Assembly (NCBI GenBank): GCA_934167495.1
Contig: CAKPKP010000001.1
Coordinates: 133,407 to 197,406 of the forward strand
Direction: 5' to 3'
From: an uncultured Clostridia bacterium
Lineage (GTDB): Bacteria; Bacillota; Clostridia; TANB77; CAG-508
DNA: 64,000 nucleotides
In this document: one piece after another, positions 9,869-19,377 of the stretch
How positions within the stretch are numbered: position 1 is the stretch's first letter
How the letters are laid out: each line of letters starts with the position of its first letter
The notes under the pieces: model-generated
The model's input: only the letters and a program-made list of their open reading frames with translations
What the model was told of the DNA's origin: nothing
The model's database searches: none
Program-made: the position numbers and the translations under genes

Positions 9869-10894
9869 ATGGAAAGTAAAAAAATAAATTTCTTTTCAAG
9901 AATAAAAAAAGCTGTAATTAAATTTGATGATTATGAATTTTTTATTAATGAAAAAGCAAAAGAAGCTATTTTTTATGTATTAAAATTGGTTCTAATAATA
10001 TCAATAATTGTTAGCATAGCAGTTACTTATAAAGTTGTAAATCAAATAGAAAGTATATACAATAATATTTTAAATAATATTCCAGATTTTGAGTTTTCAG
10101 AAGCTAGTTTAACTTCAACTCAAACACTTGAAAAAGTAAATAATGATGAAGACTTTTATTTCCTTATAGATACAAATGAAATAAGTGAAGAAGCAAAAAC
10201 AGAATATAAAAATAAATTAGATGAACATATAATGGGAATTGTATTACTTAAAGATAAAGTAATATATAAAATAAATGGAATTTCAGATATGCCATATGAA
10301 GATGCTATCAAATCATATGGGTTTGATAAATCTAATGTAAGTTTTAATAAAGAGCAAGCAGAAAAATATATAAATGAAAATGTTAAAGGATTTAATTTAT
10401 ATTCAGGAATATTTACTGTTATGTTTACATCTTTCTTTTTAGTAACAATAATATCAGTAATATCAGATGTAATTTTACTTACAATATTAGCAATGATTAC
10501 ATCAAGAATTGCTAAATTAAAATTAAGTTTCACATCTTCAATGATTGTTGGAATATATTCTATAACACTTCCATTAATATTACTTGGTTTATACGATATA
10601 GCATCAACACTTACAACATTTAATATAGAATTCTTTGATATTATTTACAGAGCAATAGGATATATATATGTAATTGCTGCAATATTAATAATGAAATCAA
10701 ATTTAATCAAACAAAACGTTGAAATCAGTAAAATTGTTGAAGTACAAGAAGAAGTAAGAAAAGAGATTGAGGAAAATAAAGATAATAATTCAGATGATGA
10801 AGAAAAGAACGATAAAAAAGATAATGAAAAAGATGGTAATGAAGACACAGGAATAGATATAAACGATAATGAACCAGACGGTTCTGAAATATAA
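9869..10894 (+). CDS. polytopic membrane protein with acidic low-complexity C-terminus
   Basis: several TM segments; C-terminal NKDNNSDDEEKNDKKDNEKDGNEDTGIDINDNEPDGSEI. Confidence 0.4.
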   Translation: MESKKINFFSRIKKAVIKFDDYEFFINEKAKEAIFYVLKLVLIISIIVSIAVTYKVVNQIESIYNNILNNIPDFEFSEASLTSTQTLEKVNNDEDFYFLIDTNEISEEAKTEYKNKLDEHIMGIVLLKDKVIYKINGISDMPYEDAIKSYGFDKSNVSFNKEQAEKYINENVKGFNLYSGIFTVMFTSFFLVTIISVISDVILLTILAMITSRIAKLKLSFTSSMIVGIYSITLPLILLGLYDIASTLTTFNIEFFDIIYRAIGYIYVIAAILIMKSNLIKQNVEISKIVEVQEEVRKEIEENKDNNSDDEEKNDKKDNEKDGNEDTGIDINDNEPDGSEI

Positions 10895-10927
10895 ACATTC
10901 TTGCAAAATGAAATAGAGGAGGTAAAT

Positions 10928-12724
10928 ATGAAAAAGAACGACAAGAAAAAAAATAAGGAATTATTATTCTTAGGAATTGCATTACTTGTATTAGTGGTTA
11001 TAGCAGGAGGAATATTTGCATACTTTATGCTAAATAATAACAATGAAGAAAAAGAATTAGCATATACAGACTTAATAACATATATAAATGAAGGAAAAGT
11101 AGAAAAAATTGAAATGACTGTTGGTAGTACTTCTATGAAGGTAAAACTAAAAGATGAGGAAAAAGAGAAAACTACTATTGTTCCAAGTACACAAGCTTTT
11201 ATGGAACTTATAAATGAAAAAACACAATCAGGAAATGAAATAAAATTGATTCAAAATAAAGAAAATATATTTATAACAATAGGTTCAACATTATTTTCAA
11301 TATTTCCAACATTAATTCTAGTTGTTTTAATGTTTATGATAATACAAATGCAAGGACTTGGAGATAAAGGAAAAGTTTATGGAACTGAAGAAGGACAAAA
11401 AACAGATGTTAGATTTGAAGATGTAGCAGGTCTAGATGAAGAAAAAGGAGAATTAATAGAAATAGTAGATTTCTTAAAGAAACCAGATAAATTTATCGAA
11501 ATGGGAGCAAGAATTCCAAAAGGTATTTTATTATATGGAAAGCCAGGAACAGGAAAAACTTTAATTGCTAAAGCAATAGCAGGAGAAGCAGGAGTTCCAT
11601 TTATATCAATGAGTGGTTCTGAATTTATAGAGATGTTTGCTGGACTTGGAGCTTCAAGAGTAAGAAAACTATTTGAAAAAGCCAAAAAAATTGCACCATG
11701 TATTGTATTTATTGATGAAATTGATGCAATAGGTTCAAGAAGAACAAGTAATAGTGGAGCAGAAACAGAAAATAATCAAACATTAAATCAATTATTAGTT
11801 GAAATGGATGGATTTGAGAGTAATGAAACAATTATAGTTCTTGCTGCAACAAATAGACCAGAGATGTTAGATAAAGCTTTATTAAGACCAGGAAGATTTG
11901 ATAGACAAATAACAATTCCAGCTCCAGATTTTAACGGAAGAGTAGAAATATTAAAATTACATTCAAAAGATAAAAAATTCTCAGATAATGTAAATTTAAA
12001 AGATATAGCAGGAGATACAGCAGGATTTACAGGTGCAGAACTTGCAAATGTTTTAAATGAATCTGCAATAATTGCAACAAGAAATAATCATGATGCAATA
12101 GAAAAATCAGATATAGAATATGCAATAAAGAAAATAACAGTAGGATTAGAAAAACATAACAGAGTAGTTTCTCAAAAAGACAAAAAATTAACAGCTTATC
12201 ATGAAGCAGGACATGCAGTTGTTAGTAAATTCTTAGAAACACAAAAAGATGTTAAAGAAATATCAATTATTCCAAGAGGTCTTGCTGGCGGATATACAAT
12301 GTATAAAACAACAGAAGATAAGTTTTATGTATCTAAAACAGAACTAGAAGAAAAAATGATTGCATTAATGGGAGGAAGAGCTGCTGAAAAATTAGCATTA
12401 GATGATATTTCAACTGGAGCAAGTAATGATTTAGAAGTGGCAACAGGAATTGCAAGAGATATGATAACAACATATGGAATGAGTGAAACATTAGGACCAA
12501 TTTCTTTAAAAGTTGATAGCCCAGAAGAATTACAATTATTTGGTGAAAATGTTATAGATGAAGTTGGAGTTCAAGTAAAATCTTTAATAGATACAGCATA
12601 TGTTTCAGCACAAAAAATATTATTAGCACATATGGATATTTTAAAAATAGTAGCAGAAACATTATTAGAAAAAGAAATTATTTCAGGAGAAGAATTCGAT
12701 AGAATAATAGAAGAACAAAAATAA
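10928..12724 (+). CDS. ftsH: ATP-dependent zinc metalloprotease FtsH
   Basis: GKPGTGKTL Walker A, AAA SRH, HEAGHAV zinc motif; GAGGAGG RBS favours ATG 10928 over 10901. Confidence 0.92.
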   Translation: MKKNDKKKNKELLFLGIALLVLVVIAGGIFAYFMLNNNNEEKELAYTDLITYINEGKVEKIEMTVGSTSMKVKLKDEEKEKTTIVPSTQAFMELINEKTQSGNEIKLIQNKENIFITIGSTLFSIFPTLILVVLMFMIIQMQGLGDKGKVYGTEEGQKTDVRFEDVAGLDEEKGELIEIVDFLKKPDKFIEMGARIPKGILLYGKPGTGKTLIAKAIAGEAGVPFISMSGSEFIEMFAGLGASRVRKLFEKAKKIAPCIVFIDEIDAIGSRRTSNSGAETENNQTLNQLLVEMDGFESNETIIVLAATNRPEMLDKALLRPGRFDRQITIPAPDFNGRVEILKLHSKDKKFSDNVNLKDIAGDTAGFTGAELANVLNESAIIATRNNHDAIEKSDIEYAIKKITVGLEKHNRVVSQKDKKLTAYHEAGHAVVSKFLETQKDVKEISIIPRGLAGGYTMYKTTEDKFYVSKTELEEKMIALMGGRAAEKLALDDISTGASNDLEVATGIARDMITTYGMSETLGPISLKVDSPEELQLFGENVIDEVGVQVKSLIDTAYVSAQKILLAHMDILKIVAETLLEKEIISGEEFDRIIEEQK

Positions 12725-12788
12725 TAGTCATAAAATAAAAAAAGATGAATATAAATTTTTATAAGGAATATTTTGGAGGAGATTAATT

Positions 12789-13955
12789 TTGAAAAAAAAT
12801 GTACTTATAATATTTATATCATTTTTTTTATGCTCATGTATTATTCAAAATACAGTATTTGCAATAGATAGTGATGCAACAAATACTATATTGGAATCAC
12901 AAAAGGATTCTTTGGGAATATCTGATTTTATAAATGAAGCAGAGGTTTATACAAATGATTCATTCTATAATATAAGTTTAAGTAATGTTTTAAATGAAGC
13001 TCTAACGGGAAAGATAGAAAAAAAAGGAATTATAAGCAGTATAAATAGAATGCTAGGAACTGAAATAAGAGATTGTTTGAATTCATTTGCTACAATATTA
13101 GTTATAGTTATAATTCATAGTGTATTTAAAAGTATATGCGAAAATTTAGGAAATAATTCTACTGGAAAAATAGCATATTATATTCAGTACATATTAATTC
13201 TTACAATAATAATAAACAATTTTTCTGAAATAGTAGTTGATACTAAATCTGCAATAGATAATTTAGTTGGAATGATGAACTCATTAGTTCCGTTATTTAT
13301 AACTCTTATGCTAACAACAGGAAGTATAGTCTCTGCAAATATTGTACAACCTACATTGTTGTTTGCAATAGCATTTGTCGGAAATTTTATATCAACATTT
13401 ATAATTCCTCTTTTATTAATAGGGACAAGCTTATCTGTTGTTTCAAATTTATCTGATGAAATAAAGATAGATAAATTATCTAAATATTTTAAATCAAGTA
13501 TTATTTGGATTTTAGGAATATTACTTACTATTTTTGTTTGCTTGCTATCGATCGAAGGTACTTTGAGTAGTGGAGTAGATGGATTGACAGCTAAAACAGC
13601 TAAAGCTGCGGTATCTAGCTTTATACCTGTTGTAGGAAAAGTATTAGGAGATGCTGTAGATACAGTTATAGGGTGTGCTTCCATACTTAAAAATGCAGTA
13701 GGAGTATTAGGAATAATTATAATAATAGGAATTGTTGCTAAGCCAATTATAAAGTTATCTTTGTTGTGTATTATATATTATTTAGCATCTGCACTTTGTG
13801 AAATTATAGCAGATAAGAAAATAGTGAAATTATTAGAGCAAATTGGAGATACATTTAAAATATTATTAGCAATACTTTTTTCCGTTTCTCTATTATTTAT
13901 AGTTGGTATAACTTTGGTAATAAAAATAACTAATAGTGGTTTAATGTATAGATAA
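12789..13955 (+). CDS. signal-peptide-bearing polytopic membrane protein, architecture reminiscent of stage III sporulation protein AE (outside a spoIIIA operon)
   Basis: TTG start with GGAGGA RBS; signal peptide, ~75 aa extracytoplasmic segment, then ~7 TM. Confidence 0.3.
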   Translation: MKKNVLIIFISFFLCSCIIQNTVFAIDSDATNTILESQKDSLGISDFINEAEVYTNDSFYNISLSNVLNEALTGKIEKKGIISSINRMLGTEIRDCLNSFATILVIVIIHSVFKSICENLGNNSTGKIAYYIQYILILTIIINNFSEIVVDTKSAIDNLVGMMNSLVPLFITLMLTTGSIVSANIVQPTLLFAIAFVGNFISTFIIPLLLIGTSLSVVSNLSDEIKIDKLSKYFKSSIIWILGILLTIFVCLLSIEGTLSSGVDGLTAKTAKAAVSSFIPVVGKVLGDAVDTVIGCASILKNAVGVLGIIIIIGIVAKPIIKLSLLCIIYYLASALCEIIADKKIVKLLEQIGDTFKILLAILFSVSLLFIVGITLVIKITNSGLMYR

Positions 13956-14076
13956 ATATAATTTAGCCTCCAGTTTATATAAAAAAAGTATTGAAATTTA
14001 TACAATTTTGATATAATATATGAAATAAAGTAAAAAAGCAGTATGTATGTAGAAATATATTAAGGAGGATTTTTGT

Positions 14077-14979
14077 ATGAAAAATGTACTAAGTTGTGAT
14101 CAATATACAAGAGAAAGTTTGGAGAAAGTTTTAGTGTTAGCAGAAAAAATAAAAAATAACCCAAAAGCTTTTTCTAAAGTATTAGATGGAAAAATAGTAG
14201 CAGTTATGTTTTTTGAACCAAGTACAAGAACTAGAATGTCATTTGAATCTGCTATTCAAAGATTGGGAGCTAAAATGATTGTTACAGAGAATGCAATGTC
14301 TAACTCTTCAACAACAAAAGGCGAAACTTTAGAAGATACTATTAGAGTAATAGAAGGTTATGCAGATGCAATTGTTATGAGACATAAAGAAAATGATGCA
14401 GCAGAAAGAGCTGCTAAAGTTTCTAAACTTCCAATATTAAATGCTGGAAGTGGTTCAGGAGAACATCCAACACAAGCTATGCTTGATATGTTCACAATAA
14501 AAGAAAAACATGGAAAAATAGATGGAATAAAAGTTGCAGTATTAGGAGATTTAAAATATGGTAGAACAATCCATTCTTTGATTAAACTTTTATCATTATA
14601 TAAAGATGTTACAATATATGGTTTAAGTAAGAAAGAATTTGCATTACCAGAAGAATATGTAGAATTTTTAAAAGAAAAAGGTACAAAATATGTAGTATGC
14701 AATAGCTTTGATGAAATACCATCAGAAGTACAAGTTTTATATCATACAAGAATACAATCAGAAAGATTTGAAGGAGATTTTGGAAAAGAAGAATTTATAG
14801 TAAACAAAGAAGTTTTAAATAAATTTAGTAAAGACACAATATTATTACATCCATTACCAAGAGTAAATGAAATAAGTACAGATGTTGATGATGATGATAG
14901 AGCAATGTTCTTTAAACAAGCACATAATGGAGTTTGGACAAGAATGGCTTTATTAATACAAGCTTTTGGAATTGAATAA
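14077..14979 (+). CDS. pyrB: aspartate carbamoyltransferase catalytic subunit
   Basis: STRTR and HPLPR motifs. Confidence 0.9.
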   Translation: MKNVLSCDQYTRESLEKVLVLAEKIKNNPKAFSKVLDGKIVAVMFFEPSTRTRMSFESAIQRLGAKMIVTENAMSNSSTTKGETLEDTIRVIEGYADAIVMRHKENDAAERAAKVSKLPILNAGSGSGEHPTQAMLDMFTIKEKHGKIDGIKVAVLGDLKYGRTIHSLIKLLSLYKDVTIYGLSKKEFALPEEYVEFLKEKGTKYVVCNSFDEIPSEVQVLYHTRIQSERFEGDFGKEEFIVNKEVLNKFSKDTILLHPLPRVNEISTDVDDDDRAMFFKQAHNGVWTRMALLIQAFGIE

Positions 14980-15000
14980 TAAAAAATATAGGGGGAAGAC

Positions 15001-16002
15001 ATGAATTTTATAGAAACTGTAAAAAGTAGAGCAAAGCAAAGTATAAAAACTATAGTATTGCCAGAAACAAACGATATACGTACTTTAACAGCCGCAAGTA
15101 TAGTAGTAAAAGAAAAATTTGCAAATGTTATTTTAATAGGAAATGTAGATAATATTCAAAATTTAGCAAAAGAAAACAATTTAGATATAACAGGAGTTAA
15201 AATTATAGATCCACAAACTTCAGATAAAAAAGAAGAATATTCAAATGCATTATATGAATTAAGAAAAAATAAAGGAATGACAATTGAGGATGCAAAGAAT
15301 AAAATATTAGATAACGTTTATTTTGGAATGATGATGGTTAAACTTGGAGAAGCTGATGGATTAGTTTCAGGAGCAGCACATTCAACAGCAGATACTTTAA
15401 GACCTGCTTTGCAAATATTAAAAACAGCACCAGATACAAAACTTGTTTCTGCATTCTTTGTTATGGTTGTTCCAAATTCAGAATATGGTGAAGATGGAGT
15501 ATTTGTTTTTGGAGATTGTGGTTTAAATCCTAATCCAAATGCAGATGAATTATCTGAAATAGCAATATCATCAGCAGAAAGTTTTAGAACTTTAGTTCAA
15601 AAAGAACCAAAAATTGGAATGCTTTCATATTCTACTTTTGGAAGTGCAAAATCTGAGCTTGTAGACAAAGTAGTTGAAGCAACAAAATTACTTAAAGAAA
15701 AAAGACCAGATATATTATCTGAAGGAGAATTACAACTAGATGCAGCAATAGTTCCAAGTATAGCAAAAAGCAAAGCACCAAATAGTGATGTAGCAGGAAA
15801 TTGCAATACATTAATATTCCCAGATTTAAATGCAGGAAATATAGGTTACAAATTAGTTCAAAGATTAGCAAAAGCAGAAGCATATGGACCATTATGCCAA
15901 GGAATTGCTAAGCCAGTTAACGATTTATCAAGAGGTTGTACAAGTGAAGATATAGTAGGAGTAATTGCTATAACAGCAGTACAAGCACAAAATAATAAAT
16001 AA
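15001..16002 (+). CDS. pta: phosphate acetyltransferase
   Basis: Pta family, ~330 aa, directly upstream of ackA. Confidence 0.9.
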   Translation: MNFIETVKSRAKQSIKTIVLPETNDIRTLTAASIVVKEKFANVILIGNVDNIQNLAKENNLDITGVKIIDPQTSDKKEEYSNALYELRKNKGMTIEDAKNKILDNVYFGMMMVKLGEADGLVSGAAHSTADTLRPALQILKTAPDTKLVSAFFVMVVPNSEYGEDGVFVFGDCGLNPNPNADELSEIAISSAESFRTLVQKEPKIGMLSYSTFGSAKSELVDKVVEATKLLKEKRPDILSEGELQLDAAIVPSIAKSKAPNSDVAGNCNTLIFPDLNAGNIGYKLVQRLAKAEAYGPLCQGIAKPVNDLSRGCTSEDIVGVIAITAVQAQNNK

Positions 16003-16019
16003 ATTTTAGGAGGATAAAA

Positions 16020-17210
16020 ATGAAAATATTAGTTATAAATTGTGGAAGTTCATCTTTAAAATATCAATTAATAGATATGGAAAACGAAAATGTAATGGCA
16101 AAAGGTAATTTTGAAAGAATAGGAGAACAAGAATCTTTTTTAACACATAAAGTAAATGGGGAAAAATATGTAATAAAAGAACATGTAAAAAATCATGAAG
16201 AGGCTATAAAAATAGTATTAGAACAATTTGTAAATAGTGAATATGGAGTTATCAAATCATTAGAAGAAATTGATGCAATAGGTCATAGAATTGTACATGG
16301 TGGAGAGATATTTGATAAATCTGTTGCAATAACAGAAGATGTTATTAATAAAATAGATCAATGTTCAGCTTTAGCTCCATTACATAATCCGGCAGCAATA
16401 TTAGGAATAAGAGCATGTCAAAAAGCTATGCCTGGAGTTCCTATGGCAGCTGTATTTGATACAGCATTTCATCAAACAATGCCAAAAGAAAATTATATTT
16501 ATCCAATACCATATGAATATTATGAAAAATATAGAATAAGAAAATATGGTGCACATGGTACTTCACATCAATATGTTGCAAAAATAGCTGCAGAACTTGA
16601 AAACAAACCAATAGAAGAATTAAAAATAGTAACATGTCACTTAGGTCAAGGAGCTAGTATTACAGCTGTTGATGGTGGAAAATCTATAGATACTTCAATG
16701 GGATTATCTCCTTTAGGTGGTATACCAATGGTAACAAGATCAGGAGATTTAGATCCATCAGTTGTTACAGACATAATGGAAAAAGAAGGATTATCAGCAA
16801 AAGAAATGAATACTTTATTAAATAAAAAATCAGGTTTATATGGAATAACTGGTTTAAATCCAGACTTTAGAGAGATAGAGCTTGCTTCATATGATGAAAA
16901 TATGCCAAAAGCTAAAATAGCTATTGAATTATTTACTAAAACAATAGCTCAATTCATAGCAAAATATGCTGTTTCAATGAAAGGATTAGACGTTGTTGTA
17001 TTTACTGGTGGAATAGGTGAAAATCAAATTAACATCAGAAAGAAAATATGCGAAGATTTAGAATTTATGGGATTAAGAATAGATATAGAGAAAAATGATG
17101 TTAAAGGCGAAGAAAGATTAATAACAAAAGAAGATTCAAAAATTAGAGCATATATAATCCCTACAAATGAAGAGCTAGTTATTGCAAGAGATACCAAGAA
17201 TTTAATATAA
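16020..17210 (+). CDS. ackA: acetate kinase
   Basis: MKILVINCGSSSLKYQL N-terminus. Confidence 0.92.
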   Translation: MKILVINCGSSSLKYQLIDMENENVMAKGNFERIGEQESFLTHKVNGEKYVIKEHVKNHEEAIKIVLEQFVNSEYGVIKSLEEIDAIGHRIVHGGEIFDKSVAITEDVINKIDQCSALAPLHNPAAILGIRACQKAMPGVPMAAVFDTAFHQTMPKENYIYPIPYEYYEKYRIRKYGAHGTSHQYVAKIAAELENKPIEELKIVTCHLGQGASITAVDGGKSIDTSMGLSPLGGIPMVTRSGDLDPSVVTDIMEKEGLSAKEMNTLLNKKSGLYGITGLNPDFREIELASYDENMPKAKIAIELFTKTIAQFIAKYAVSMKGLDVVVFTGGIGENQINIRKKICEDLEFMGLRIDIEKNDVKGEERLITKEDSKIRAYIIPTNEELVIARDTKNLI

Positions 17211-17215
17211 AGCTA

Positions 17216-17244
17216 TTGACAAATAAAGAAAAAAAAGGTATACT
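17216..17244 (+). promoter_or_regulatory. sigma-A promoter candidate TTGACA-17-TATACT
   Basis: upstream of rpmF. Confidence 0.4.
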
Positions 17245-17312
17245 TTTATAGTAACTTTGATAAATAATAAAAAATCATATATTTATAAATACAAAACAAG
17301 GAGGGAATAAAA

Positions 17313-17492
17313 ATGGCACAACCAAAAAGAAGATGGTCAAAAGCTAGAACAGGCTTAAAAAGATCAACATGGAAATTAGAAAACCAAAATTTAGCTACTT
17401 GTTCACATTGTCATGAACCAGTATTACAACACAGAGTTTGTCCAAACTGCGGATACTATAATGGAAAAGAAGTAGTAAAAAAAGAAGCATAA
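17313..17492 (+). CDS. rpmF: 50S ribosomal protein L32
   Basis: MAQPKRRWSKARTGLKRS...CxxC...CPNCG; 59 aa, so below the ORF-track cutoff; GGAGGG RBS. Confidence 0.85.
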   Translation: MAQPKRRWSKARTGLKRSTWKLENQNLATCSHCHEPVLQHRVCPNCGYYNGKEVVKKEA

Positions 17493-17496
17493 AATA

Positions 17497-17518
17497 ACGT
17501 CCTCGGACGTTTTTTTTA
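17497..17518 (+). terminator. rho-independent terminator
   Basis: acgtcctcggacgt + T8. Confidence 0.6.
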
Positions 17519-17520
17519 TA

Positions 17521-17632
17521 TAATAGGAAAATCATACAATTTTCCTATTATATAAATACTTTGTACAGAAATTTGTTATATGCAAATTTCACACACGAAC
17601 AATTAAACGTGGGCTAAATTCTACAAATTTAA
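17521..17632 (+). repeat. dispersed structured intergenic repeat, copy 1 (H1 hairpin + H2 hairpin + CACACGAACAATTAAACGTGGGCT arm)
   Basis: taataggaaa..tttcctatta hairpin, then aatactttgtacagaaatttg..caaatttcacacacgaacaattaaacgtgggct; shared with 5 other loci. Confidence 0.6.
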
Positions 17633-17645
17633 ATATAGGTGAAAT

Positions 17646-19364
17646 ATGAAATTAGAAAAGAAAAGATATTCTTATATAATAATTGCGGTAATAAGTATTA
17701 TAATGTGTTTGGGATTTAAGGACTATGATATAACACTTGCAGATGATGGATTTGTTCATTATTTAAGAGTAATTGGAACTGTAGAGTCTTTAAATGAAGG
17801 AATAATTCCACCACTTATTAGTCAATATTTTGTAAATAATTTAGGATATGGTATAAATCTATTTTATAATCCAATTGTAACTTATATACCTACTTTTTTA
17901 AAGATGTTATTGCCATTTTCATATTCTTACATATTAAAATTCTTTACATGTTTAACAGTATTTTTATCTGGTATATTTATGTTTGAATTTTGCAGAAATA
18001 TTTTTAAAAATAATAATATAGCAATAATTTCAGCAGTTTTGTATATAACAGCACCATATAGATTAACAGATATTTATATAAGATTTGCAATGGGGGAATT
18101 TACAGCATTTGTTTTTATTCCAATTTTATTATTAGGACTATATAATTTATTTTACGAAAATACAGAAAAAAGTTATTATATAACAATAGGTGCAGTAGGA
18201 TTAATTCTTACACATACAATAACTTTATATTATATGTGTTTTTTTAGTATATTATTTGTAATATTAAATATAAAGAAATTAAAAAATATAAAAATAATAA
18301 AAAAAATACTAATAAACATAGCTTTTATTGTAACAATTAGTGCATTTTTCTTAGTTCCACTTTTAGAATGTAAAATGTTTGCTAATTATGCAATATTTGA
18401 TGAAAATATAATGCAAACTAATGCAGAATGGGTAAAAGGAAAAACTATTCCTTTATCAGAAATATTTTTAAACAATGCTAAAACAGACGAAGATTTAAAT
18501 GTGTTATTTAGAATAGGAACACCATGTTTAGTATTTATTTTAATAGGAGTACTAATTTTCAAAAAAATAGATAATAAATATAAAAAATATTATATAATAA
18601 ATATGGTATTTTCATTATTATGTATATTTATGGCAAGTGAATATTTTCCTTGGGACAAGCTTCCAAATATATTATGCAAAATACAGTATCCATGGAGAAT
18701 GATAGGTTTTTTAACAGTATTTTTATCTATAGTGTGTTCAATAAACTTTTGTACATTTTTAGATATTTGTACAGTTAATAAACCAAAGGCTAAAATGATA
18801 TTTTTATGTATAATGATATGTTTAATAACAGCAAGTGGCATTGTAGATATATTGCCATATTTACAAGGTATGAGTGATAAAGAAAACAATAACGATATAA
18901 AATATGAAGAGTATATATTAAGTAATTTATCTATAGAACCAATGCAAATAAATAGGGAATATCTTCCTACAAAAGCACTTATGAATTTAAACTACATATC
19001 AAATAGAGATGAAAATGTAAAAATCATGAATGGAAATGCTAATATTAAAAACACAAAAAAAGAAAATTTAAATTATAGTTTTGAATATTCAAATGCAGAG
19101 AAAGATACAATAGTTGAATTACCATATTTGTATTATCCATATTATAATGTTAAAATAAATAATGAAAAAGTAGATATTATTGAATCAAGTAATGGATTAA
19201 TATCGTTAAAATTAAATGGTGAAGGAACTGTTACTTTAAAATATAGTTTAACTATATTTTCAAAAATAGCATATATAATTTCAATAATAAGTTTAATAAT
19301 ATTTATAATATATGTTATAAAGAAAAAAGAAAATATAAAGCTTATAGAAGAAAGAGAAAATTAA
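17646..19364 (+). CDS. GT-C fold membrane glycosyltransferase-like protein (YfhO-like)
   Basis: ~13 TM; DDGFVHYLRV motif in first extracytoplasmic loop. Confidence 0.45.
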   Translation: MKLEKKRYSYIIIAVISIIMCLGFKDYDITLADDGFVHYLRVIGTVESLNEGIIPPLISQYFVNNLGYGINLFYNPIVTYIPTFLKMLLPFSYSYILKFFTCLTVFLSGIFMFEFCRNIFKNNNIAIISAVLYITAPYRLTDIYIRFAMGEFTAFVFIPILLLGLYNLFYENTEKSYYITIGAVGLILTHTITLYYMCFFSILFVILNIKKLKNIKIIKKILINIAFIVTISAFFLVPLLECKMFANYAIFDENIMQTNAEWVKGKTIPLSEIFLNNAKTDEDLNVLFRIGTPCLVFILIGVLIFKKIDNKYKKYYIINMVFSLLCIFMASEYFPWDKLPNILCKIQYPWRMIGFLTVFLSIVCSINFCTFLDICTVNKPKAKMIFLCIMICLITASGIVDILPYLQGMSDKENNNDIKYEEYILSNLSIEPMQINREYLPTKALMNLNYISNRDENVKIMNGNANIKNTKKENLNYSFEYSNAEKDTIVELPYLYYPYYNVKINNEKVDIIESSNGLISLKLNGEGTVTLKYSLTIFSKIAYIISIISLIIFIIYVIKKKENIKLIEEREN

Positions 19365-19377
19365 AAGGAGGTAGAAA

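Noticed and set aside
10645-11043. Minus-strand ORFs spanning the membrane protein/ftsH junction
   Set aside because: Antisense, Ser/Phe/Leu-rich reverse-frame artefacts.
13184-13684. 166-aa minus-strand ORF
   Set aside because: Antisense to membrane protein gene; no RBS.
14077-14979. pyrB without adjacent pyrI, followed by pta-ackA
   Set aside because: Stand-alone PyrB is common in Firmicutes; not unusual enough to report as a finding.
17521-17632. Dispersed repeat considered as a riboswitch
   Set aside because: Downstream genes (glycosyltransferase, ABC exporter, sigH, mscL, ychF, holA) share no metabolite or pathway, so a ligand-sensing riboswitch is unlikely; kept as repeat/sRNA candidate instead.
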